A DNA stretch of 61,600 nt from positions 1 through 61,600 of the IMG/VR virus record IMGVR_UViG_3300025168_000088; one strand, written 5' to 3'. Shown piece by piece: positions 19,983-29,517 of this stretch; positions within the stretch are counted from its first letter, which is position 1, and the number at the start of each line of letters is the position of its first letter. This DNA comes from a virus. Taxonomy: Duplodnaviria > Caudoviricetes. The notes beneath the pieces were generated by a model that was not told the origin of the DNA, did no database searches, and was given only the letters and a program-made list of their open reading frames with translations. Both the position numbers and the translations under genes were made by a program.

Positions 19983-21503
19983 TTACGCCCCAAAGCGCAC
20001 ATATTTTCCGCCGGAACCTCTACTTCTTGGAGTTTTAGTAGGTTTTTTGTCTTTGGACCATCCACCCATGCTTGTCGTTTTAGATGCCATAGGCATAAAG
20101 TCGGAACGCTTTGCTTTGAATTGGTCTATTGCGTGGGCCAGTGCCATAACCGTATCGTTATGTTTGCCAACATCTACAATCTCTCCATTTTTCCACACAT
20201 GGTTTTCGAGTTCATCAAGAAGAATGCCAATTTTTTTCCGCATATCGGCGGTAGCATACGGGAAAACGATAAGTTCTCGCTCAAACCATACCCTTAACCG
20301 GTTCATTAGTCCCTGTTTAAGTCCTTTGTTGGATGCTTTTGAGGGCCGGTAGTCTAATACTGCGCCCTTTTGCTCGATAATTGTTTCATAAAGTCTTTGA
20401 AACCCTACATCTTCGGCGGCTACTGGTGCTTTGAAATGGTCGGCCCATTCAATAATGACATCGGCTTGTTTATCCGGCGGAAAGTCATTCTTACGCCACA
20501 TATCAACAAAGTGGATATAGCCCTGCTCATCTTGGCGTAATGATATTAACACGGAGTAGTCTTTACCAATACCATGCGAAGGGTCGAAGCCGAGGATGAA
20601 ACGGGAACCATCATCGAGTTGAGTATTGAAACCTCCCTCGGCACTTATGTCTATGTTTTTTCGGATGAGGTGCCTATTGAAGACTTGGGCATCATCATCC
20701 ACGACCTTACACAGATACTCTTGAGCGAAGGCGAGGTCGTCGTCCATGCTGATTTTTTGTTCCAAAAGAAAGGTAGTAGGTCGGAACTTGGGCCAAAGTG
20801 GAGATAATTCTACTTCTGGATTTTCTCGGTGCTCATCCCAATTTGGGAATGCCGACCATACGCCGGATTGCCACACTTCTTTAGCCTTTTCTGATAGCAT
20901 CTCGGTTTGATAGAGGTCAGTGTGTGACATAGGAGTGCCTACACAGAACAATGAGGTTTGAGGGTCAAGCATCGGAGTGACTACTTTCTTGAACCACTCT
21001 CGCACCGAGTCCATCGTCATATCCCCCATTTCAGCGAGGACATCATCAAGGGCTACTACGGCAGGGTGCTCACCACGAATAGCGGAACCTACACCGGTTG
21101 CTTGAATCCAAGCACCGTTGGTGAAAGAGATTTTTTGCTTGTTTGATTTGCGCTCATCGAGATACTTTCGTAGTTCGGGATGTCGGCGCATATCAGTCTT
21201 AATCTCTTCAAGACGGTTTGTTGCTTGGCGGATAGAAGCGGAAAATAACCACACCTCCATAGGGTTGCCGTTGCGTTCTTCAAACAAACACATGTGGAGT
21301 AGTTTGACACGCAGTGTTGCTGATTTGCTATGTGAGCGGGGAGCGATAATACAAACACGATGAACTGCCGCACCTTTACGGTCGCCGTATAATTCCATCC
21401 ATTCGCCTATGTGGTCGGCCCATTCGTATTCGGGCGAGAGCCATTCATAAAAGTGTCTAATGTCATACTTGGAGCGTTGAAAATTAAAGTTGGGCATACT
21501 CAT
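19983..21503 (-). CDS. terL: Terminase large subunit
   Basis: Walker A APRSHSKS, Walker B VALDD, VGTP coupling motif, FAQEYLC, nuclease GFDP...DYS...NDTVMALA. Confidence 0.96.
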   Translation of the reverse strand: MSMPNFNFQRSKYDIRHFYEWLSPEYEWADHIGEWMELYGDRKGAAVHRVCIIAPRSHSKSATLRVKLLHMCLFEERNGNPMEVWLFSASIRQATNRLEEIKTDMRRHPELRKYLDERKSNKQKISFTNGAWIQATGVGSAIRGEHPAVVALDDVLAEMGDMTMDSVREWFKKVVTPMLDPQTSLFCVGTPMSHTDLYQTEMLSEKAKEVWQSGVWSAFPNWDEHRENPEVELSPLWPKFRPTTFLLEQKISMDDDLAFAQEYLCKVVDDDAQVFNRHLIRKNIDISAEGGFNTQLDDGSRFILGFDPSHGIGKDYSVLISLRQDEQGYIHFVDMWRKNDFPPDKQADVIIEWADHFKAPVAAEDVGFQRLYETIIEQKGAVLDYRPSKASNKGLKQGLMNRLRVWFERELIVFPYATADMRKKIGILLDELENHVWKNGEIVDVGKHNDTVMALAHAIDQFKAKRSDFMPMASKTTSMGGWSKDKKPTKTPRSRGSGGKYVRFGA

Positions 21504-21643
21504 CTAATCACCCGCATATACCCACAGTATATCATTTTCTTTTTAATAGGGCACCATTTTTTATGACTGTTATATCGAGCAGTCGTAGTGTGGCCGCAGG
21601 TTTGGCACTGTCGTTCTTTTTTATGTAAAGGACTGGCTGGCAT
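21500..21643 (-). CDS. 47 aa basic Cys/His (Zn-binding?) protein
   Basis: Own translation: MPASPLHKKERQCQTCGHTTTARYNSHKKWCPIKKKMIYCGYMRVIR; ATGA overlap with terL. Confidence 0.6.
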   Translation of the reverse strand: MPASPLHKKERQCQTCGHTTTARYNSHKKWCPIKKKMIYCGYMRVIR

Positions 21644-21648
21644 AACTC

Positions 21649-23019
21649 TCACTCATGTGATACTGGAGCAAAGAGAGAACCAATGTAGCCTTCTTTGTAA
21701 TCAATTAGATATGCGGCGAGACCGGCTTTACTGGTAGTGTAGCCGGAGCGTGCATGGTATCGGTCATGCCCTGCGAGGGATGGCATCTGTATAATGAGGC
21801 ACCCGTCTTTTTCGTGCATGCGTTGGTGGTGAAGGTGACCGTGGAACCAAACCTTATGTTCGTTTGTTCCCCATAGTTCACGGGCCTCAACAGCCATAAG
21901 AGAACCGAGAGACACTTTACCGAGACCGTCACCGTGTGTGAAGCCAAGTAGCGTGTTGCCGTATTCGATATAACGACGATTGTTCGGTGTAATAACAATA
22001 TCAACATCATTAACGCCCTCGTATGCGGCGGATAGATACATCATTAGTGCGAGGGATGAATGGCGGTCGTGATTACCTGCCATCATTATGATTTCAACAG
22101 GGGCGACTTGACGCAGTAGGTCAATGTGCTCACGGGCTAATTTACATCCGGTGATTAAGATTTCAGCGGGGGTAGCGCACATATCCTGTGGTGTGCCACG
22201 AGTAGTAAGTCCAGCATCATTATCTACATGGAACCAGTCGGAACCTGCGCCAACATAGATTTTTTCCGGCTTGGTAGAGATACGAGACACGAGTGTTTCG
22301 GTCTTTTCCATCAATCGGTGTCGTGCCTCATCAAAGTTGTAAGACTCCCCTACTTCATCAGCCCATCCGTATTTACCCCAATGAAAGTCAGTAGGGCATA
22401 CTACGAGAGCATATGGGTTCTTAGCCTTTGTTAATTTGATTTTGGGCACAGACTTAGGTGCTTTGGTGAGTGTTGTCATGTGTGCCACATAGTCATCCAT
22501 GAGTGTTCTCCAGTTCTTAGAGTCCTCGGCCATTCGCTTATGCTGTTCTTTTGCGAGGTCGGCGGCGAGCGTGTGACGACGGGAGATAATAATGTCATCA
22601 ATTAGTCCGTCTTGGTCGTCAACCTCCATCAGTTGTTCTCCTGTCACGGGGATAGAGCCACGAGTAATTTTATGAATACGCTTGTATTGCTTAAAGTGAG
22701 ATTCGGCAATTTTATGCGTATGGCATATTTGCGCCGTTGACATACCAGCAGACCACTCCGCCATAATTTGCCGGTGCGTTGCACCCGACATGGTGATTGA
22801 CCCAGTGCCTAAGTGCGTAGTGTATTTGTCATTCTTCTCGTCATATGTGTATGTCCCCGTCTTTGTTGGCGACGCTTTCCTTTCGCAATGCCGAATAAGC
22901 CGCATCTCCCAACCTTTCACGGAGAGGAACGGGTAATGTTCGCTTAGGAATCGAGCGAAGGCGAGTCGGCTTGGGTGGTCTTCTATGCTATGCTCGGATA
23001 GTATGGTATCTATGTCCAT
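21649..23019 (-). CDS. Calcineurin-like metallophosphoesterase with N-terminal HTH
   Basis: DFHWG, GSDWFH, GNHD, THGD and GHLHH motifs. Start refined to MDIDTIL (23019) from the promoter motif TTGATAAGGTGGCG just upstream. Confidence 0.88.
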   Translation of the reverse strand: MDIDTILSEHSIEDHPSRLAFARFLSEHYPFLSVKGWEMRLIRHCERKASPTKTGTYTYDEKNDKYTTHLGTGSITMSGATHRQIMAEWSAGMSTAQICHTHKIAESHFKQYKRIHKITRGSIPVTGEQLMEVDDQDGLIDDIIISRRHTLAADLAKEQHKRMAEDSKNWRTLMDDYVAHMTTLTKAPKSVPKIKLTKAKNPYALVVCPTDFHWGKYGWADEVGESYNFDEARHRLMEKTETLVSRISTKPEKIYVGAGSDWFHVDNDAGLTTRGTPQDMCATPAEILITGCKLAREHIDLLRQVAPVEIIMMAGNHDRHSSLALMMYLSAAYEGVNDVDIVITPNNRRYIEYGNTLLGFTHGDGLGKVSLGSLMAVEARELWGTNEHKVWFHGHLHHQRMHEKDGCLIIQMPSLAGHDRYHARSGYTTSKAGLAAYLIDYKEGYIGSLFAPVSHE

Positions 23020-23239
23020 TAAATAGTATGGTATGGTCGCCACCTTATCAATGTTTCTAAAAAAAATTACCCAAAAAAACGCATGGTGGTTGGCTGTCCC
23101 TATATGTGCCCTATACCTTGTTTTTGGCGACCTCATCGAACAAGGCGTGGCCTCAAGAGAGAGAGGGGCTACCCCCACCCGCCGAAGCGGGTGAAGGAGC
23201 GGCATCGGTTAAACCGTTTACTGTATGCGAGCGAACAAC

Positions 23240-23605
23240 TCATTCAAGGTTGCATACGGATGATAGAATATCTATCAAACCGGCTACCTTTTCTTCAAGG
23301 TCATCAATTCGACCTTGCATCTCACTGATGGTCGAATCCATCTGTGGTGTGTTTTGTTGTTCGGACAGGATAGCGTGGATTTGTTCACCAATTTTGGTGT
23401 TCATATCCAACAGTGCTCTTTGAGTGCTGTCAATTGCATCCTCAACATCAGCCACGCTGTTTTCGTTTTCCTGTATTCTCTCAATCATTGAGGCCTGTGT
23501 CTCAATGACTTCGCTCACCATAGGGTATGCGACACTGTGTGCAATGGTATGCACTGTGTCAAGCATCCCCATTGCTCGGTTCATTTGTTCTTTGTCGTAT
23601 ATCAT
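23240..23605 (-). CDS. Coiled-coil hypothetical protein
   Basis: 121 aa with heptad pattern; GGAGA RBS. Confidence 0.7.
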   Translation of the reverse strand: MIYDKEQMNRAMGMLDTVHTIAHSVAYPMVSEVIETQASMIERIQENENSVADVEDAIDSTQRALLDMNTKIGEQIHAILSEQQNTPQMDSTISEMQGRIDDLEEKVAGLIDILSSVCNLE

Positions 23606-23941
23606 TTTTCATATCTCCATTTTGTCGGCCGACTTCTTCTGTTTTCTTCGTCGGTTATTCCGACATGGGGAGCCACTACTATATCAATACTCACCGAATT
23701 ACCCCCATATTTTACATGATTTGAGTATGATTGAGGCGAGCCGTCGGTCATGGTTGAATCTCTGGGTTTGGGGGGGACTGGCCCCCCGTGTATGTATATA
23801 GTCTTATTAGTCTTATCTTAGGAAGAAAATTGCGGGAGAGAGAGCCGTAGGGAGAGAGATTCTCAAACCTACAAAACCCCAATTGAATATGCCACCACCA
23901 CCGACGGATTGAAGGGCCGTCGCCCTGCCTGTCCTACCTAC

Positions 23942-24415
23942 CTACTCAAGCAACTCAAGAAGGGCTGTGTAGGCCATGACAATACCTTCAACTTGAGTAT
24001 TGATTGAAGGGCCGGTCTTTGTCTTCTTGTATTCAGTGGTTCGCACTTCTTTCATTGGTATGAGTTCGGTCTTTGTTCTTGCTGATGCTCCGGCGCACTC
24101 GCCATGTTCTCTACCGGCTCCGGTTCGCTTGTTTGCTCCGGCCAACTTAATCGGGCCTGTAGAACGACCTAATGAGTTGCCACTGATGAGTGATTGAGTT
24201 TTCTTGACTCTATAACGGCCTGTAAGGAATGTTTCACGCTTTGCTCCTTTGGTGGTGGTTCTATCGTGGGTTTTGTCACATTCAACGGCCATTTGACCTT
24301 GAGCCTGATATTGGGCCATGTCCTTCTTAATTCTCTTGAGTAGTTGCTTCGATGCTTGAGGCTTCGCTTCATCTATTCCGTAGTGCTTCATCAGTGTTAT
24401 TATGGGGTTCGCCAT
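23942..24415 (-). CDS. Basic hypothetical protein
   Basis: 157 aa, Lys/Arg/Thr-rich; TTGATATA box about 28 nt upstream (leaderless). Confidence 0.7.
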   Translation of the reverse strand: MANPIITLMKHYGIDEAKPQASKQLLKRIKKDMAQYQAQGQMAVECDKTHDRTTTKGAKRETFLTGRYRVKKTQSLISGNSLGRSTGPIKLAGANKRTGAGREHGECAGASARTKTELIPMKEVRTTEYKKTKTGPSINTQVEGIVMAYTALLELLE

Positions 24416-24656
24416 GATACTCCGAGGGAGTGGTAGTATATCAACTGCCCTATGGCTCGTTTACCGTCTGGAGTAAGCAGGGTTTGCCCCACGCATGGCC
24501 CCGCCGCCGGTGTAAGACTGTTAAATAGAAAATGCGCTTGGGGAGAGATACTCGGCGCTTGGCCTCTGTAGTTATATTAGTCTATAGTCTTAGGAAGGAA
24601 CCACGACCGAGAGGGGTCTTGGGAGAGAGATTTTGACTTGTCCAAAAGTCCAAGTT

Positions 24657-24911
24657 TTCGATGCACTCCGCTCATGCTTTGCCGTTGATGTTTGAGGTTA
24701 TGAACCCTTTGTTTTTGTTGTTTTTCGGCTGTTTTCATTTGGTGCCGGCCTGATGAGCACTTTTTCTCTATTCGATGGACTGCGTGACCGATGGCCCCTA
24801 ATTCGCTCGGATTCGTGAAATGTGCGTTTTTGGGCTGTTTTGGGGGGTTCGGCGGCCTGTGTCAAGCCGACGATTTAGGGCACCCTAATTTCGGCTATTC
24901 GATGCACTGCG
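24657..24911. repeat. Three spaced direct repeats TTCGATG(C/G)ACT(C/G)CG in the divergent intergenic region
   Basis: Copies at 24657, 24771 and 24898. Confidence 0.7.
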
Positions 24912-24949
24912 AGCCATTTTTGTTATAGGTGGGTTCATATACTATACCC

Positions 24950-26090
24950 CACTATGACTGTTTGCTCAACCAACAACACCGGTTGGAGCCGAAGCGAAAC
25001 TTGCCGAGAATCGGTCTACCCTTACGGGAGCCGTCGGCGCTCATACGGCCCTTGATTCATCAAGGGTTCTTGAGGCACCACAGACCGAAAACACTTGATT
25101 GAGTCCTTCGGAAAACCCAGAATATCGGGTATATGGAGGGACTGCGTAGCCTCGCACTGCCTCTCTTTGAGAGGTGGGGTAGAGGACTCTTGAACCCGTT
25201 TCTAAATACCTATTAGACGCATATTGAAATAGCGAAGGGATGGTCGTGCCCCCAAAGGGAATAACACGGACATATGACAGACAGTGTGAGAATGACTCGC
25301 ACTTCATCGGAGTTGCTGAAGACGCCACCAATGGACTTTCATCCCTATCGACGGGATGCCGGTTCGGTGGCTACATTAGGCACTGAAAGCATCAATCAGC
25401 GAAGGGTTGAGAAGCATCACTTCTCGACAGGGGCGACCCGACTCCCTTCAATGATGACGGCTTACAATCCAATGACAGTAGACCTAAGACCCTACTTGAG
25501 GACATATATGGCATACGAGACCGCAGTGAACATAACGGATTCATATTCCCTAAGAAGGCGGTCAAGAATCAAGGCATCAGATTCGGGTCGTGCCCGACTG
25601 ATGACACTATTTAGTAGCGAACTATGAATGACAGTGGCAAACGGTGACGGGAGCCACATTCGGATAGATTCCACGGGATTATAACTATCCCGATGCCAGA
25701 TTATCGGCTTAGGACTTCATTCATAGGGAGTATCTATGCGGGGAATAAACCGGCGGAGTGTCTATGATGCAGTGGGGGAGCGGGTGCTTTTCCGATAGGG
25801 CGAACCTCGCCCGAATCCACCCCTCTCCGATATTCTCTCCTGTGACTCCGGCATGGGTGCCTCGGCACCTATGCCCTTCATGGTCAATGACGAGCCGGCC
25901 TACGGGCCACCTCCGAGACCACATCCGATTCACACCGGTGTAGATAGAAGCAATCGCACCTCGGCTACTGCCGACTACACCAGACCCAAGAATGCGGCGG
26001 AGACTCTACCGCCAGCGAACTCTCTCCCTCAAAGAAAGAGAGCGGTTGAAAGAGACCAAGAAAAGAGAGGGGAATGCGCTTAGGCAAGGC
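24950..26090 (+). ncRNA. Putative large multi-domain structured non-coding RNA (or giant 5' leader)
   Basis: More than 20 hairpins and nested long-range helices; G-U pairs favour the plus strand; TTATAGGTGG promoter-like box at ~24923; no credible ORF. Boundaries approximate. Confidence 0.7.
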
Positions 26091-26114
26091 CCATATAAAA
26101 ACGGAGGACAAAAA

Positions 26115-28859
26115 ATGTATGAAAATGCAATAAACGGAGCAGACGGCGCAATCGGTGCGATTATCGGCATGCTATGGGTGTTTACACTCATGGGTGCGGT
26201 AGTTGTTACCTTTGCGGCCAACAGAAGAGAAGAAACAATGCGTATGCGTGTTGGTATTGAAATTGAGGCAATTCGTAATGAACATGCCCAAGAAGCACCA
26301 AACACCAGTATCGCTAACTGGCTTGACACCATGCGTTCACAGCATGGTGACAAACATGTGGACAAATACTTGGCTACCTTGAAAAAGCGGCGAAGTCAGT
26401 GGATAAAAACTCGTGCTGAAAGGCGACGGGTAATACATGCCGCTCTACCACACAGTTATCGTGGTAGTAGATTCCGCATTCGTGACGAATCATGGAGTGC
26501 GGGTCAAACCACATTCTACACCAAAGTCACCACCGACGGTTCGCTGTCATCAGGTGGTTTTGAAGTCGTGTCGCACCCTTTAACAGATGGTGCACATCAC
26601 GGATGGATTGCTAAGGTATGTAATGCACTACGACACATCACACGGGTGGACCGTTCAACTGGCCTCCATGTGCATGTCGGATTGCGTGACCCCGAAGCAA
26701 GATTCGGTGACGAAGGACAAATTACCCGACGACAAGCAGTTGCGATTGCTGGCCGTGTGGCTTGGGCATATGCTCACTTCACACCCGCTTTCAACAAATT
26801 GGTTTCATCAAGTAGGCATCACGGTCAATACTGTGCGCCTGCCAACCACATGACGAACACATATCCAAACCCCGTAGAACATCAGCGGGTCGAAAGATTA
26901 CATCATGTGATGGAGATACCAGACGAACAACACGACATCAACATTCGTTATACACCATTGTCAAGTCATCCAAATGACGAAGGCTACTGGTGCGAAAGAG
27001 TGCATACCCTCACAGGTCCGGCACTTCACGAAGCAATGTATGACGCATCTCAAAATGCGGGTCGTTACTACCACTTGAACACCAACAGTCTACTTAACCG
27101 TAACTTTGGCACTGTCGAGTATCGACAACATCAAGGCACTACCAACCCAGTGAAAATTAGTAACTGGGTCGAACTGACCTATCAGTTCACACTGGCATGT
27201 GCTGACGAGACCAACTTCGACGGAATTATGCAATACCCACCGACTCTTGAAGGTCTTTGGGCATTCATGGATTTCGCTGACGACGACCCACTCGTAGACT
27301 ACTACAACAAGCGTGCATCAGTTCTCGCTGGTTCTCAACTTATTCGGGCTTGTTCCGAGTGCGATAGCCACACCTGTGTGCACTACGAATGTGTCGGTGG
27401 AAATGACCAGCAGGTCATGCAAAACATCGGCACACACCTCGCTCCGGCGGCTTACGAGTGCGTAGATTGTGGATGTCACATCGAAACACATAATGTTGAT
27501 GCAGAAGACATGACAGCCTCATGTTATGAGTGCGACCAGTATGTCGAGGTATGTTATGCCTCCGGCTTAATTGCATCACTCGCCCTCGGCTTCTTTGTAG
27601 CCGCACCACTCGTGGGTGCAGTTGCACTGGTAGTCGGTTGCGGTATAGGTGCTATGCACGCTGGTTCAAAGAAGTTCATGGCGAAGCGGTCGTTCAAGAA
27701 GTTATGGAACGACCTCGCATCCCGTGGCGGTCAAGCGGCTGGCTTTGCGTGGCAAAAGCGTAAGGATAAGCATGTGTGGCATCTCAAGGCACCGGCGTCG
27801 TCGGTCTACCTCAAGAAGCATGTCAACAAGCACTTGGATAAGTCAACGGTATGGGCTATGGCTCACACACGATATGCAACACACGGTGTCAACAACAAGG
27901 CAAACGCACACCCGCACTTTGGTTATGACAACAAAGGTGTAGCGGTAGTGACATTAGTGCACAACGGAGTGGTTCACAACCACGATGATGTATGGCATGC
28001 ACTTGGGCGTAAGCCTACTGGCCCAGTTGACAGTGAAGCAGTTGCCGCCGCCCTTGCGGTCGGTGGTATCGAAAAGGTGGTTGAGACCTGCAATGGCTCA
28101 ATGTCACTCATATGGTCGGACACACGAGACCCGAAAGGGACACTCAAGTTCTGGTCTAATGGTGGCAACCCACTGTGTGCAGGGCGACTCGACCATCCAA
28201 ACACCGGAACAGTTGTTGTTGCATCGACACTCGACATACTCGAAAAGTCTCAAGGCTCACGCCTCAAGACTTCTTGGGCATGCACAGTCGGTCGTGAATA
28301 CACCATCGACCCAAGCGGTAGCATCACTGGTCGTGACATCAAAGGTAGTGCCGACACAGCATACGGTGCATACTCGTGGCGCACATACGCTACCCTCACA
28401 GGTGGCGGCAAGTCGAAGTCCAACAAGACTCGACAGTTGAGCGTCAAGTCCAAAAAGCCAAAGGGTAAAACCGATGGTAATGCGGATAACTGTGCAGTCG
28501 TGTTCAGTCCAACGGAGCGCAACTCCGATTGGCAATACGAATACGACGACATGTTGCTCAACGAGGCATTGTATGACGCATGGGCGGCTATGAGCATGTC
28601 TGGTTTTCCAGCAATTGACGACTATCACGGTTACGATGGTTACACACATGAAGGCGTCCGTCCAAACGGCAGTAAGTATTACCTGCCCAACTACATCTAC
28701 GGTCTACCTGTAGACCCTACCACCAACACGGACATGCAGGTCATGCTAATGCTCGGTGACTTCGACCCTCAAAAGTCCAAGTCCGACTTTGACTTTGCCG
28801 ACGAACCATACGACGACCACTGGGTGCCGACCGACCAACTCGGTAATCCACTGTATTGA
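26115..28859 (+). CDS. Membrane-anchored COOH-NH2 amidoligase (Amidoligase_2 type) - Zn ribbon - class II glutamine amidotransferase fusion
   Basis: GGAGG RBS before ATG 26115. Ligase motifs VGIEIE, DGSL, GFEVVS, STGLHVHVG, RYYHLN, TVEYRQH. GATase-II motifs CGI, RG..AAG, AHTRYATHG, NAHPH, VHNGVV, VDSE. Confidence 0.9.
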   Translation: MYENAINGADGAIGAIIGMLWVFTLMGAVVVTFAANRREETMRMRVGIEIEAIRNEHAQEAPNTSIANWLDTMRSQHGDKHVDKYLATLKKRRSQWIKTRAERRRVIHAALPHSYRGSRFRIRDESWSAGQTTFYTKVTTDGSLSSGGFEVVSHPLTDGAHHGWIAKVCNALRHITRVDRSTGLHVHVGLRDPEARFGDEGQITRRQAVAIAGRVAWAYAHFTPAFNKLVSSSRHHGQYCAPANHMTNTYPNPVEHQRVERLHHVMEIPDEQHDINIRYTPLSSHPNDEGYWCERVHTLTGPALHEAMYDASQNAGRYYHLNTNSLLNRNFGTVEYRQHQGTTNPVKISNWVELTYQFTLACADETNFDGIMQYPPTLEGLWAFMDFADDDPLVDYYNKRASVLAGSQLIRACSECDSHTCVHYECVGGNDQQVMQNIGTHLAPAAYECVDCGCHIETHNVDAEDMTASCYECDQYVEVCYASGLIASLALGFFVAAPLVGAVALVVGCGIGAMHAGSKKFMAKRSFKKLWNDLASRGGQAAGFAWQKRKDKHVWHLKAPASSVYLKKHVNKHLDKSTVWAMAHTRYATHGVNNKANAHPHFGYDNKGVAVVTLVHNGVVHNHDDVWHALGRKPTGPVDSEAVAAALAVGGIEKVVETCNGSMSLIWSDTRDPKGTLKFWSNGGNPLCAGRLDHPNTGTVVVASTLDILEKSQGSRLKTSWACTVGREYTIDPSGSITGRDIKGSADTAYGAYSWRTYATLTGGGKSKSNKTRQLSVKSKKPKGKTDGNADNCAVVFSPTERNSDWQYEYDDMLLNEALYDAWAAMSMSGFPAIDDYHGYDGYTHEGVRPNGSKYYLPNYIYGLPVDPTTNTDMQVMLMLGDFDPQKSKSDFDFADEPYDDHWVPTDQLGNPLY

Positions 28860-28916
28860 TTGTTTCTTCATCTGTTGAGACCTTCCCTTAATCCGCTGGA
28901 TTGAGGTTGCCGCCTA

Positions 28917-28960
28917 CTCTTGGGGCTTCGGCCCCTTGAGAGGCCCCCGCTGGCGAGCGG
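28917..28960 (+). other. GC hairpins downstream of the amidoligase gene
   Basis: GGGGC-TTCG-GCCCC (UUCG tetraloop) and CCGCT-GGCG-AGCGG. Confidence 0.5.
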
Positions 28961-29032
28961 TTTACAAATACGCACTCACATTCACGCCTTCGGGCATCAC
29001 ATTCCCCCACAGGAAAGGAGGTGAAAACAAAC

Positions 29033-29368
29033 ATGGATAAATACAAGCAACAAATTATGCAACTGTATGCTACGCTACTGCGTGCACACATAGCATTACT
29101 TGATGAGATATTGGATGCGGCTACAAGTAAAGCCGCACGCCGATGTGCAACCATAGCCAGTGAACAAATCTGTTCAACTGTGTATCATTTGATAGATGAC
29201 ACTGGCATTATGCCCAACAGCCACATGATACCATACATCGAAGACTTGGCACCAACAGCCGATGACTTTGATTTTGGTCTCATGGAATCTGTTCGGGATA
29301 TGGAAAAGCGAGTGTTCCCGTCGACAGTCGGCGGTCGCACTGGTTTTGGCATATACCCAAGCAACTGA
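29033..29368 (+). CDS. Hypothetical protein
   Basis: AAGGAGGTGA RBS before ATG (MDKYKQQ...). Confidence 0.7.
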   Translation: MDKYKQQIMQLYATLLRAHIALLDEILDAATSKAARRCATIASEQICSTVYHLIDDTGIMPNSHMIPYIEDLAPTADDFDFGLMESVRDMEKRVFPSTVGGRTGFGIYPSN

Positions 29369-29517
29369 TGTCTCATTGGTAATCCAGTATATCGGTATGT
29401 CGCAGATAACTCGGCAATACCGTTCCCGAAAGGGTAGCCGCACTGCCCCTCTCTTCGGAGGGGGGTGGTGCCCAACACCTCCTCTCACATCACACTCCAA
29501 CAGGAGGTATAACAAAA

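Noticed and set aside
23020-23205. N-terminal extension of the metallophosphoesterase ORF
   Set aside because: It spans a promoter motif and T-tracts; ATG 23019 fits leaderless spacing.
331-23801. Numerous plus-strand ORFs opposite the structural genes (and minus-strand ORFs opposite the replication genes)
   Set aside because: Antisense shadows of real genes, without RBS or motifs.
25028-25051. Group II intron domain V-like GAGCCG...ATACGG hairpin
   Set aside because: Too short, lies at the 5' end rather than the 3' end, and there is no domain VI, GUGYG start or maturase.
25598-25625. Hammerhead-like CTGATGA cores (also at 24750)
   Set aside because: No correctly placed stem II plus GAAA and cleavage triplet; the CTGATG at 25598 is paired in a stem.
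25274-25627. 117 aa plus-strand ORF (and ORFs 25041, 25721, 25758, 25853) inside the structured region
   Set aside because: No RBS, no recognisable motifs, atypical composition; the region is better explained by RNA helices.
25992-26114. N-terminal 41 aa extension of the amidoligase ORF
   Set aside because: A GGAGG RBS precedes ATG 26115, and the extension overlaps hairpins.
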